A stretch of DNA of 64,000 nt from Eledone cirrhosa (GCA_964016885.1 OZ024763.1:2604001-2668000), one strand, 5' to 3'. Positions 51,316 through 64,000 are shown, numbered from the stretch's first letter. The notes: generated from the sequence alone by a model not told the origin. Numbers and translations: made by a program.

Positions 51316-51820
51316 GGACCCAGGGGTGAGTTGTTGCTCTGGGCCCGGGGGGAGTTGTTGCTCTGGGCCCAGGGGTGAGTTGTTGCTCTGGGCCCGGGGG
51401 GAGTTGTTGCTCTGGGCCCAGGGGTGAGTTGTTGCTCTGGGCCCAGGGTGAGTTGTTGCTCTGGATCCAGGGGTGAGTTGTTGCTCTGGGCCCAGGGGTG
51501 AGTTGTTGCTCTGGGCCCGGGGGGAGTTGTTGCTCTGGGCCCAGGGTGAGTTGTTGCTCTGGGCCCAGGGTGAATTGTTGCTCTGGGCCCAGGGGGGAGT
51601 TGTTGCTCTGGGCCCAGGGGGGGGGGGGGGGGGGGGGTTGTTGCTCTGGGCCCAGGGTGAGTTGTTGCTCTGGGCCCAGGGTGAGTTGTTGCTCTGGGCC
51701 CAGGGGTGAGTTGTTGCTCTGGGCCCAGGGGTGAGTTGTTGCTCTGGGCCCAGGGTGAATTGTTGCTCTGGTCCCGGGGTGGGGGGGGGGGGTTGCTCTG
51801 GGCCCAGGGGGGAGTTGTTG
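51312..51820. repeat. 24-25-bp G-rich minisatellite, ~19 copies
   Basis: Unit TTGTTGCTCTGGGCCCAGGG(G)TGAG. Confidence 0.95.
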
Positions 51821-52276
51821 ACTCCTCAAAGCTGGTAATAGCTTAATAGCTTTGACTTCTGAGAGGAGTCAACCCATCTCTGCCCTACATTTGAGGGGCC
51901 AACAACCAAAACAGTAACAATTGTGTCCTGCCTCAGATGTCCCCACCCAGCAAAGTTCTATATTTTTTAACATTTGTCTTATATAACATGTTTTAAATGA
52001 CTGTGTGTCCTAATTAATGGACTAAAGTTAATTAATAGCTTCCTGGCATTTAATTATATTTGTAATTGTTTTATTAGTGGCAAGTAGAGTAATATTAGTG
52101 GTGGTAGTTGTTGTTGGTGGTGGTGGTGGTAGGGGTCGTGGTGGTTGTTGTTGGTGCGGTGGTAGTGGTGGTAGTAGTGGTAGTTGGTGGTGGTAGGGGT
52201 GGTGGAGGTAGTGGTGGTGGTAGGGGTGGTAGTGGTAGTGGTGGTGGTAGTAGCCAACACACACCACACGAGACTA

Positions 52277-54231
52277 TACTACACTACCACCACTACACCA
52301 CAGCTGTCCTCAGTTCAGTTATAAGTCACTGAAGCTACCACACCACACTACAGCCACAACACTACCACCACTACACCACACCACACTACACCACACCACA
52401 CTACAGCCACCACACCACACTACACCACACTCCACTACCACCACTACACTACCACCACTACACCACACTACACCACACCACACCACACCACACCACACCA
52501 CACCACACCACACCACACCACACTACACTACCACCACTACACTACCACCACTACACCACAGCTGTCCTCAGTTCAGTTATAAGTCACTGAAGTTACCACA
52601 CCACACTACACCACCACCACTACACTACACTACCACCACTACACTACACCACACCACACTACACTACCACCACTACACCACAGCTGTCCTCAGTAAAGTT
52701 ATAAGTCACTGAAGCTACCACACCACACTACAGCCACCACACCACACCACACCACACCACACCACACTACACCACACCACACTACACCACTACACCACAC
52801 CACACTACAGCCACCACACCACACTACACTACCACCACTACACCACAGCTGTCCTCAGTTCAGTTATAAGTCACTGAAGCTACCACACCACACTACAGCC
52901 ACCACACTACACCACCACACTACACCACACTACACTACACCACCACACTACACTACACCACACCACACTACACTACCACCACTACACCACAGCTGTCCTC
53001 AGTTCAGTTATAAGTCACTGAAGCTACCACACCACACTACAGCCACCACACTACACCACCACACTACACCACACCACACTACACCACCACACTACACTAC
53101 ACCACACTACACTACCACCACTACACCACAGCTGTCCTCAGTTCAGTTATAAGCCACTGAAGTTACCACACCACACTACACCACTACACCACACCACCAC
53201 ACCACACTACACCACACCACACTACACTACCACCACTACACCACACCACACTACACCACACCACACTACACCACACTACACCACCACTACACTACCACCA
53301 CTACACCACAGCTGTCCTCAGTTCAGTTATAAGTCACTGAAGCTACCACACCACACTACACCACACTACCACCACTACACTACCACCACTACACCACACC
53401 ACACCACACCACACCACACTACACTACCACCACTACACCACAGCTGTCCTCAGTTCAGTTATAAGTCACTGAAGCTACCACACCACACTACAGTCACCAC
53501 ACCACACCACACCACACTACAGCCACCACACCACACTACACCACACCACACTACACTACCACCACTACACCACAGCTGTCCTCAGTTCAGTTATAAGTCA
53601 CTGAAGCTACCACACCACACTACAGCCACAACACTACCACCACTACACCACACCACACTACACCACCACACTACACCACCACACTACACCACACTACACC
53701 ACACTACACTACCACCACTACACCACAGCTGTCCTCAGTTCAGTTATAAGTCACTGAAGCTACCACACCACACTACAGCCACCACACTACAGCCACCACA
53801 CTACACCACACCACACTACACCACACTACACCACACCACACTACACTACCACCACTACACCACACCACACTACACTACCACCACTACACCACACCACACT
53901 ACACTACCACCACTACACCACCACCACTACACCCCAGCTGTCCTCAGTTCAGTTATAAGCCACTGAAGTTACCACACCACACTACAGCCAGCACACTACA
54001 CCACACCACACTACACCACACCACACTACACTACCACCACTACACCACAGCTGTCCTCAGTTCAGTTATAAGTCACTGAAGCTACCACACCACACTACAG
54101 CCACCACACTACACCACACTACACCACACTACACTACCACCACTACACTACACTACACCACACCACACTACACTACCACCACTACACCACAGCTGTCCTC
54201 AGTTCAGTTATAAGTCACTGAAGCTACCACA
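52277..54231. repeat. Composite satellite: 13 copies of a constant ~38-bp hairpin-containing repeat separated by variable (CACCA/CACTA)n
   Basis: CAGCTGTCCTCAGTTCAGTTATAAGTCACTGAAGCTAC at 52301, 52559, 52681, 52846, 52990, 53129, 53309, 53441, 53573, 53726, 53935, 54048 and 54190. Confidence 0.95.
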
Positions 54232-54325
54232 ATAAAACTAGGAAGAAGAAATATTTGGACAAGAAAGAGATAAATATAATAGAACTACATTGTTGATAGG
54301 AAGTGGTATCTACTTGTTAAACAGG

Positions 54326-54569
54326 CACACACACACGTACATATATATATGTGTGTGTGTGTGTATATATATATGTGTGTGTGTGTGTATATATATGTGT
54401 GTGTGTGTGTATGTGTGTGTGTATATATATATGTGTGTGTGTGTATATATGTGTGTGTATATATACACTTTTGTGTGTGTGTTTATATATATATATGTGT
54501 GTGTATGTATATGTATATATAGATATATATACACATATACACGCACACACTTGTGTGTATATATATATA

Positions 54570-54616
<47 letters not shown>

Positions 54617-54771
54617 ATATACACTTTTGTGTGTGTGTGTATGTGTGTATATATATATACACACTTGTGTGTGTGTGTTTATATATATATATGTGTGTGT
54701 GTGTATGTATATGTATATATAGATATATATACACACATACACGCACACACTTGTGTGTATATACATATATA

Positions 54772-54828
<57 letters not shown>

Positions 54829-55000
54829 ATACACTGTGTGTGTATGTGTTTATATATATATACACACTTGTGTGTGTGTGTGTGTTTATATATATATGTG
54901 TGTGTGCGTATGTATATGTATATATAGATATATATACACACATACACGCACACACTTGTGTGTATATATATATATATGTGTGTGTGTGTGCGTGTGTATG

Positions 55001-55032
<32 letters not shown>

Positions 55033-55046
55033 CATACATACACACC
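54326..55046. repeat. (TG)n/(TA)n compound microsatellite with ~200-bp higher-order repeat
   Basis: AGATATATATACAC..ATACACGCACACACTTG recurs three times. Confidence 0.9.
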
Positions 55047-55489
55047 CATTGCTTCGTCAGAATGACATATTTGTATGATCTTGAGAAAACTGTCTTCTAA
55101 ATGGACTTTTGTTTAATGGTGGTGGTGTAGTGGTGGTGGTGTAGTGGCGGTAGTGGTGATGGTGGTGGTGGTGGTGTTGTTGGGGATGGTGGTGGTGGTG
55201 TGATTGTACTGTTGGTGTTGGTGGTGGTGGTGTGGTGTTGGTCATTGTGATGGTGTTGTCGTTGGTGATGGTGGCGGTGTTGTTGGTGGCGGTGGTGGCG
55301 GTGTGGTGGTGTGTTGATGTTGGTGATGGCGGCGATGTGGTGGCAGTGTTGTTGGTGACGGTGGTGTTGGCGGCGGAGTTGTTGGTGGTAGTGGTGGTGG
55401 TGGTGGTGGTGATGTGGGTTCGTGGTGGTGATGGTGTTGGTGGTGGTGTGGTAGATGATGAGAGTGGAGGTGGTGTGTTGTTACCTCCA

Positions 55490-55826
55490 GTCTCTCTCTC
55501 CCCCCTATCCCCACTCCCCCCCTATCCCCACTCTCTCTCCCCCTATCCCCACTCTCTCTCTCCCCTATCCCCACTCTCTCTCTCCCCTATCCCCACTCTC
55601 TCTCTCCCCTATCCCCACTCTCTCTCTCCCCTATCCCCACTCTCTCTCTCCCCTATCCCCACTCTCTCTCTCTCTCTCACTCTCACTCTCTCTCACTCTC
55701 TCTCTCTCTCTCTCACTCTCTCTCACTCTCTCTCTCTCTCTCTCACTCTCACTCTCTCTCACTCTCACTCTCTCACTCTCTTTCACTCTCACTCTCTCTC
55801 TCACTCTCTCTCTCTCTCTCTCTCTC
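55490..55826. repeat. ~23-bp CCCCTATCCCCACTCTCTCTCT minisatellite then (CT/CACT)n
   Basis: Direct inspection. Confidence 0.92.
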
Positions 55827-56117
55827 ATGTAATGTCCAGTTTAATAAACAACAAAACCATGAGAAATGTTTGTTTTCTCTGTAAATAGTTTGGTGGCGGC
55901 TGGAAATATTATTTCATCTCTCTCTCTATCTTCCTCTCTCCTCACTCCTTCTCTCTCTTCTCTCTTTCCTTTCTCCCTCCCACCTACCCCCCCCCCCTCT
56001 CTCCATCCAAGGTGTCCCCAAAATATATATATATACACTTCAACAGCATATGAGTAAATAATGCCTGCACAGGTAATCAAAGTATGTATACATTTTTAGG
56101 GGACACTCTGCCATCGA

Positions 56118-56159
<42 letters not shown>

Positions 56160-56307
56160 CCGCCAGCACCTTCTTTTCCGTCTTTTAAGTGTCTTCACCC
56201 TAGTTTATATAAGCTATTTAAAAATCTCTCCGCGCGTGAGTACACTACTCTTTATACTAGCTCTATCCTCTCAGCACTTCGTAAAAGACCGAGGGATTGG
56301 CTACGTG

Positions 56308-56383
<76 letters not shown>

Positions 56384-56541
56384 GTCGTTCTAGTCATTAA
56401 ACAACTTTTCTGAATGGCAATAACTGGCGTGGCTGTCCTCTCTTTTGTTAATGGCCAGTTAAAACCATGTGAATTACTTTTTTTTCTGTTAATAAATAAA
56501 TCTCACAATAGAACAAAACTTTATGACGCTAGGAACAATAT

Positions 56542-56597
<56 letters not shown>

Positions 56598-56621
56598 TAT
56601 AACCAAAGATTAATATAGTAT

Positions 56622-56826
56622 CGAATACCCCGATAAAAAATGGATCCCTCCAAATAAAAAATGGACACCACCCAATAAAACATGGATCCCCTCAATAAAA
56701 AACGGAATACCCCGATAAAAAAATGGATCACCCAAATAAAAAATGGATCCCTCCAAATAAAAAACGGACCCCACCCAATAAAAAATGGATCCCTCCAAAT
56801 AAAAAACGGATCCCACCCAATAAAAC
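56622..56826. repeat. ~22-bp minisatellite, ~9 copies
   Basis: AATAAAAAATGGATCCC(T/A)CC variants. Confidence 0.9.
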
Positions 56827-56930
56827 ATACAATATTACGATAGATTAGAAGCACTCAACAAAGGATTTTCCTGATTGCCAATACTGGAATTGAATAATAA
56901 AAACCGTAGCGGTATGTCACATACCAAATC

Positions 56931-56999
56931 ATATATTTTGTCTGATGAAAACGTGCTTAAACACCATTGTACCTTTGAAATATGTATAATAAAATATAT
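56931..56999 (+). ncRNA. Type I hammerhead ribozyme motif (family H1)
   Basis: ATATATTTTGT-CTGATGA-AAACGTGC...GTACCTTT-GAAA-TATGTA-TA|ATAAAATATAT; 11-bp stem I; 3' half repeated at ~57561-57632. Confidence 0.8.
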
Positions 57000-57100
57000 A
57001 TTTTGATTAAGAGTGAGAAATGAAATTTCGTTTCATTTTTTCCGATTGAGAATATTTTTCATTTATTAACATTTTGAATAATATATATATATATATATAT

Positions 57101-57560
57101 GTGGTGGCTGTCAACTCGTTTTCGAGTACGGCCACTACTTTATATCCATGTAGGAGAACCCCTACCGATGCGCTGAACGAGTGTGACTTTTTAGTCCAGC
57201 CAGCGACTTGCAAACTCTGGTACAAACACGACACTTGTGACAATTACTGACACATAGTGCTGGGCTCTTGGTACCATGTGACAAGTGCAGAGAGATCTCC
57301 AGATATAAAGCAATGCCTGTGCCGTGAAGCTTTTATAGTGAGCAAAGGCACTGCACAAAGCCAGTCCCACTCTCTTAACCAAGATGATATTTACCAAAAA
57401 GAAGAACAAGTCAACATCATTGGATACCATCAGGGTTGCAGGTGTTATATCAGAGTTTTCCTTCTCCTAGAATTCTGCCTTGAGAAAGGCTAAGGGGTCA
57501 TCTCTCCTGGTGATTTTGGATGGCCATTGACTCTTAAGAGCTCCTTTGCCCTTTGACAGG
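57101..57560 (-). mobile_element. Probable internally deleted (bipartite) RTE element: 5'UTR-like part plus C-terminal zinc finger and tail
   Basis: Minus strand GGAGAAGGAAAACTCTGAT (resembles RTE 5'UTR motif), then CRVCTRVCKSLAGLKSHTRSAHR* and a short tail ending CAGCCACCAC. Confidence 0.6.
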
Positions 57561-57627
57561 TTTTGAAATATGTATAATAAAATATATATTTTGATTATGA
57601 GAATATTTTTCATTTATTAACATTTTG

Positions 57628-57669
<42 letters not shown>

Positions 57670-58012
57670 ATACTTGGGGAGAGTCATATTGTTGTTATAA
57701 TATTGCCAGAAATAATAACAGAACACACTCACTGTTTGATTTGGGTTGGTTTTCGCTTCAGTATATTTTATATCTCCATAGTTAATTTATTTGGCAATCA
57801 ATGTTTATCATTGATTGACCAACGGTTAAAAATATAGATATGAATATAGCACTGCAGAGCCCACTGTAGTATTTTAGGGGCCAATGTTAGCTTTCAAAAA
57901 ATACCTGAAGTCTAAGAGAAAGAATAACATTTTTTTTTAAATAAATAAAATAATTAAGCAAAGCATTTGGTCAACGACACCACATCATTTTGTTTTGAAA
58001 ACTTTGAAAACT

Positions 58013-58295
58013 TTGAAAGTAGGTTTATAAGTATGAAATTTCATAAGATTTCTGTAGTTGTCTCTGTGGCCTAGAGGTAGGTACTAGAGACAGTGGAGAT
58101 CCTGGTCTTGGGTTCAATCCTGGTCAAGTTTTTATTTTACATCCCATAAAACTGAAATGGTTTACGCGGAACCCTACTCCCGACCAGCATCGAACCTCGG
58201 ACCAGGATCACCACTGTCTACGATTCCTCCTACTAGGCCACCGAGACAGCTACGAAAGTATAATGAAAGTTAATAATTATAAACCTACTTTCAAA
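58013..58295. mobile_element. Fold-back element with a tRNA-like sequence in each inverted arm
   Basis: TTGAAAGTAGGTTTATAA/TTATAAACCTACTTTCAA outer arms; A box TGGCCTAGAGG and B box GGTTCAATCC on +, mirrored on -. Confidence 0.7.
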
Positions 58296-58552
58296 ATCAA
58301 AATTAAATGATAGCATTCTATATGTAGGTGGGCCCCCTTCATCTCCTGGCACCCGATATTTTTAGACCAATCCGCCATTATATATATATTAATATATAAG
58401 GGAACAAATAATCAGTGTTACATCATACACATATTTAATTACATATTACATATGTTTCACTGTCAATCAGCTCGAGGAACAATCTATTAATGATCGAAAG
58501 CTACTTAGATATGTTTTGACATGTAGACTTGCATCTGAATATACATGTTAAA

Positions 58553-58644
58553 ATATGTCTGAGGAACTTCAGATTCCAGAGCCAAGTTCAATCATTAATA
58601 GATCGTTCCTCGAGCTGATCGACAGTGAAACATATGTAATATGT
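58553..58644 (+). ncRNA. Hammerhead motif with ~60-nt stem II domain (family H6), within fold-back 58386-58699
   Basis: ATATGT-CTGAGGA-ACT...AGT-GAAA-CATATG-TA|ATATGT; palindromic CATATG; GUA site. Confidence 0.7.
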
Positions 58645-59099
58645 AATTAAATATGTATATAATGTAACATTGATTCTTTGTTTCCTTATATATTAATATT
58701 ATTGATACTCTGCTCCTCAAGAGCATCGAGTTCTCACCTTGGGATACCGCCTATGGAGACAATTAATTTGCACCTTAACAACTATATATTTTAATAAATA
58801 TATATATATATTTATTTATTTATTAAAATAACAGATTAAAGTTTAAGCAAAGAATAAATATAAGTATGTACACGTACATACATATATGTATACAGACGTA
58901 CAGTAGTATGTATATATATATATATACATACATGCACACATATATATATGTACGTATGGATTCACCAAACATTTATTATAATATTTATAACATTTATTAT
59001 AATAAATATTTGCTCTATGGTTCTTATATATTTGATATATATTTATCCTTATCGAGCCCTCTTTGGATATTAGTCTTCAGATTTATTATTCTTCTCTTC

Positions 59100-59458
59100 C
59101 CAGCATTTTGTTGAAAGATGGGTGAGTGAGGTAAGAATGGCTCGAGTGAATGGGCCTTCTCTGAGTATGTGCCTTTAAATTGAAGGTGGAAAACTGGGAG
59201 AGGGCACTTGCCCTGGTGGTCAGGGTCACCGTGGCTTTTTTTAATGGGCTTTCTCCACGATGGCCCTCGGAAGTCTCCCCCCCCCCCCTATTGGGGAATT
59301 TTTCATTGTTCCTTTTTTGTTACATCCTCTGTTTTTGTTTTTTTACACGCAGAAATGCCCATTTGTATCGTCCTGTATTGTCCTGTACTGTCCTGTATCG
59401 TCCTGCATTGTCCTTAATGTCTTACTTTGTCCAAACGCTTCTGGTTAACAAAGAAAGC
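59100..59458 (+). mobile_element. Tx1-related LINE 3' fragment (different subfamily)
   Basis: FVERWVSEVRMARVNGPSLSMCL* is homologous to the end of the 17290 ORF; 3'UTR ends AACAAAGAAAGC then (ATT)n. Confidence 0.8.
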
Positions 59459-59470
59459 ATTATTATTATT

Positions 59471-59644
59471 AGTATCGGTAGAGGGTCGGACGCCATGCTT
59501 TCCAGCATAGTTACGTCCCTTTACGATCTGAGTTCAAATCCCGCCGAGGTTGACTTTGCCTTTCATCCTTACGGGGTCGATAAAATAAAGTACCAGTAAT
59601 GCACTGGGTTCTTGCTGGCCTTGTGCCTAAAGTAGAAACAATTA
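59471..59644 (+). mobile_element. SINE family B
   Basis: Match to 25030-25207; a further fragment lies at 61132-61206 (-). Confidence 0.88.
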
Positions 59645-59892
59645 TATATATATATATATATATAATAAGGAGTTGACGGACCCAGCATATTTATCAATGC
59701 CAGTACCGGTTGTATCTCAGGGTACTCAATGGGCAATGTAAGATACATTCCCAGAGTATACACATAGTTATTCGCTTCAATACAACACACGTAAAACGGG
59801 TGCCTATAACAGTTCCCGGACTCGAGTTTCGGCCACAATGCAGAAGTATGGGTGCACTGTGCCCTCTGTGTGCATATATTATGCAACATTGC

Positions 59893-59949
<57 letters not shown>

Positions 59950-60160
59950 CCTAATATATACATTTCTATATAATATATATATTTCATATGAAATCTACAT
60001 TCATATGTACATAATCTGAAAAATATATATCTATATATATTTATATATCATATGAAACATACGCACACACACACACATGTATATATATGTGTGTATGTGT
60101 GTATCATCATCATCATCATCATCATATGATGATGATACATATATATATATATGTGTGTGA

Positions 60161-60209
<49 letters not shown>

Positions 60210-60395
60210 CACACACATACATATACACACATAGTTAATATTCACATAAAGATAAACATATACATACATACATACATACACAGATAAATAGATAGATAAT
60301 GTATGTATGTATGTGTGTATGTATTTTTGTATGTATATGTATATGTGTGCGCTTAATTGTATGTATATGTATGTGTGTGCGCTTAATTGTAGTAT

Positions 60396-60426
<31 letters not shown>

Positions 60427-60911
60427 TGTATGTATGTGAGTACTTAATCGTATGTATGTGTATATATGTGTATATATATGTATATATATGTACTTAATTG
60501 TATACAATCAACGTATATAAACATACATTTAGTATTTAGGTGTGTAAACGTTTAAAATTCGTTGGTAAGCGAGTTTGACTTAGAAAGGAAGTGTTCTGTA
60601 TCCTGCTGTTTGTCAAAATCCTCCACAAGTTCTTTTATATTTTACTGGACTTAAAAGTAAAGTTAGTTAGCTATTAGTAATGACAGGTGCCGCCGGACGA
60701 TTTTAAGAAGGAAGGACCTGGGTAGTTGGTTGTCTGGGTGGCTGTACAATTGGCTAAGGTAACCAACAACCTGTCGACACAAAAGAAAACCCAACGAAGC
60801 ATGTCTTTAATCGCCTTAAGTTGATCACAGTTGCCACCAAACCCGTATGATATTTGTATATATTTATGTGGTTATATTTTATTACTATATATTTTTATAT
60901 ACTTATATATT

Positions 60912-60954
<43 letters not shown>

Positions 60955-61047
60955 ATACTTGCATTACTATACATAATTATATATTACAGTAGCCAGCTAT
61001 ATAATATATACATACCTATATATATCGTAATATTAGACTACACATAC

Positions 61048-61095
<48 letters not shown>

Positions 61096-61248
61096 ATAGC
61101 TATACATTACAGTAGCTAACTATATAATATATAATTGTTTCTACTATTGGCACAAGGCCAGCAATTACTCAGTACATTACTGGTACTTTATTTTATCGAC
61201 CCCGTAATCGCAATCATTGGCTATATATAATACACACACACACACACA

Positions 61249-61289
<41 letters not shown>

Positions 61290-61437
61290 AGAAATAAGAA
61301 AAAAACGATACAGTATACACATATACATATATATATATATATTCACACCCAGTCACTAAGTATATATATGTATATATATACAGACACATATATACACCAC
61401 GATCAATAATTATACATATTTATATTTAAACACACAC

Positions 61438-61494
<57 letters not shown>

Positions 61495-61581
61495 AAAGTA
61501 GTCAGGACTCCGACGGCTAAGCTCCTGTCGTTTCGACAGCTAGATTCGAACCACCTGGTTTCTTACCACACTTTCTTTGCA

Positions 61582-61616
<35 letters not shown>

Positions 61617-62131
61617 AAAACACAGGTACATACATAACTATGTTGTACAGGTGTACACCTGAGATATAAGAACCGAAATAACTACCAAACCACGAAACTA
61701 TTTAAGTAGCAAACCATGTCATCGTGGGAGGATAAATATTTACCTACTGGGAGTTTAGCGTCGTCTTTGTCGTCGTCATCAAATGAGGACCTTAACGGAA
61801 ATACTGACGACGACTATAAGCTTCGTCCTAAGAAGAAAATGTCTCGGGTTAAGAGACATTCGTCGTTGTTAAAGAAACTGTTGAGGTAAGATTACAACAC
61901 AGCTACCCTACCACCCGTATTGTCTGTCTGTCGGTCTACCCTACCACCCTTCTTGTCCGCCTCTCTGTCTACCCTTCTTGTCCGTCTCTCTGTCTACCCT
62001 TCTTGTCCGTCTCTCTGTCTACCCTTCTTGTCCGTCTCTCTGTCTACCCTTCCACCTTTCTTGTCCGCCTCTCTGTCTACCTGTTTACACTTTCACTTTT
62101 CTTGTCTGTCTGTCTGTCTACCTATCTATCT

Positions 62132-62344
62132 AAGGGGTACAAACTCTTCGTACTCCTGGAGATGAGGGTTGCACATTTTTTCGGGGGTATGTGTTACCCA
62201 TATGAACTGTCTCCCCCTATTGGGGAAAATCGATTAACTTTTAAATTGCATTTGTGATAATATTTTACACATTTTTATTGTATGTAAACTTCCCCCTTTG
62301 TATTTGTCCCCTTCTTTTGTGCCCCTGTGGCTAATAAAGAAACA
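62132..62344 (+). mobile_element. Tx1 3'UTR fragment, third copy
   Basis: Near-identical to the reverse complement of 17051-17265; flanked on both sides by TATC repeats. Confidence 0.9.
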
Positions 62345-63256
62345 TATCTATCTGTCTGTCTGTCTGTCTGACTGTATCAGTCTGTCTGTCTGTCTGGTTC
62401 TGGATTCAAACTTGATACCGCCTAATTTTCCTTTATTTACTTGAACTGACTTTCGGAGTTGTTGTTGTTGTTGCTGTTGTTGTTGTTTTAATTATGTCTG
62501 ATGTTCTCGCATCTTAAACAACAACATGAGAAACAATACTGAATAAAACATCGATACCCCCACCCCCACCACGATATGAGTAGCCCTGGGGACAAGGTTG
62601 GACAAGGTGTGAGAAGGGTCTCTGGCATGGAAACCCCAGGTGCATGTTGCCTCGTGGTTCCAGTGGAGGACAGGGTAGAGAAAGCTCTACACTGGAGGAT
62701 AGCGAGGGAGACATGTTGAAATAGTCATTTCAATCCAACTTGTGGGGTACATTGCTGTGAGGGACCAACTCTCCTTTCCTCCTCTTGTAAGGGCAGTGTG
62801 TAGGGATACATTGCTGTGGTGGTGGTGGTGGGGGGGGGGCAACTCTCCCTTCCTCTCTCAAGGGGAATGAGTAGGGAGTTGATCTGAGGGAGGGGCAACT
62901 CTCCCCTCCCTCCCTCACTCCTCCAGCCAGGGCACTGAGTGGGGAGTTGATCTGGGGTTCAAGAACACCAGAGGTTTCTACAGATTTCACAAGAACTCAA
63001 TTCTCTTCCTGGGGCTCACTCCTGCAGGTGACCAACTCCATCCCTGTTAGCAAATCTGGGAAGAGGGGTTTCAGGGACCCCAAACCCCCAGAACTTTCTA
63101 CCACTACATGTTCAACTACCAAAAGTTACTTATCTAAGCTCTTCTTGGTAAATTTTTACCGTCTACACATCTCAATTTCAAGGTGAAACTTTCAAATGTG
63201 GTCAACTGAACTCCTAGACATAACAGTCAAATACCCCCTCAAAAAATCACACCTTG

Positions 63257-64000
63257 CTTCCTTTTCTTCTTCTTCTTCTTCTTCTTCTTCTTCTTTTTCT
63301 TCTTTTTCTTCTTCTTCTTTTTCTTCTTTTTCTTCTTCTTTTTCTTCTTTTTCTTCTTCTTTTTCTTCTTTTTCTTCCTTTTCTTCTTCTTTTTCTTCTT
63401 CCTTTTCTTCCTTTTCTTCCTTTTCTTCCTTTCTTCTTCTTCCTTTCTTCTTCTTCCTTTTCTTCTTTTTCTTCCTTTTCTTCTTCTTCTTCTTCTTCTT
63501 CTTCTTTTTCTTCTTCTTTTTCTTCTTCTTCTTTTCTTTTTCTTCTTCTTTTTCTTCTTTTTCTTCCTTTTCTTCTTCTTCTTTTTCTTCTTCCTTTTCT
63601 TCCTTTTCTTCCTTTCTTCTTCTTCCTTTCTTCTTCCTTTTCTTCTTTTTCTTCTTTTTCTTCTTTTTCTTCTTTTTCTTCTTCCTTTTCTTCCTTTTCT
63701 TCCTTTCTTCTTCTTCCTTTCTTCTTCCTTTTCTTCTTTTTCTTCTTCTTCTTCTTCCTTTTCTTCCTTTTCTTCCTTTCTTCTTCTTCCTTTCTTCTTC
63801 CTTTTCTTCTTTTTCTTCTTCTTTTTCTTCTTCCTTTTCTTCCTTTTCTTCCTTTCTTCTTCCTTTCTTCTTCCTTTTCTTCTTTTTCTTCTTCTTCTTT
63901 TTCTTCTTCCTTTTCTTCCTTTCTTCTTCTTCCTTTCTTCTTCTTCCTTTTCTTCTTTTTCTTTTTTTTCTTCTTCCTTTTCTTCTTCTTCTTCTCCTTC
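63257..64000. repeat. Pure polypyrimidine (CTT/CTTTT)n tract, >740 bp
   Basis: Direct inspection; runs off the window end. Confidence 0.97.

Noticed and set aside
52277-54231. CRISPR array
   Set aside because: Spacers are variable-length pentanucleotide microsatellites; eukaryotic context; no cas genes.
61769-61815. Hammerhead-like GTCGTCGTCA..CAAATGA..GAAATAC..TGACGACGAC
   Set aside because: Good outer stem but two core mismatches, no stem II and no UH site.
62514-63240. GC-richer unique region with short ORFs
   Set aside because: No recognisable domain or splice structure; left unannotated.

Overview
Animal genomic DNA with no recognisable host exon. The repeat families resemble those of octopus/coleoid cephalopods (inference from repeat content only). 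The window is almost entirely microsatellites, minisatellites and transposon remnants: tRNA-derived SINEs with RTE-LINE tails, RTE and Tx1/L1-clade LINE 3' fragments, an internally deleted DD37D (maT) Tc1/mariner element and several MITEs. Nearly all ORFs in the track are translations of simple repeats. The main unannotated signal is a dense set of type I hammerhead ribozyme motifs. About 19 complete or near-complete motifs plus several decayed or half copies fall into about 8 sequence families, and they sit in short non-coding, often fold-back elements inserted in (TA)n, as expected for Penelope-like pLTR or retrozyme remnants. They include a family with a fixed CAGAAGA (U4A) core and versions with 60-100 nt stem II. 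Other notable signals are a canonical recursive-splice (ratchet) motif at 32982/32983, at least five minisatellites born from pieces of transposons, Tx1 copies inserted in (GATA)n, and a CRISPR-like repeat/spacer satellite. All structures were folded by eye; none was computed or database-searched.
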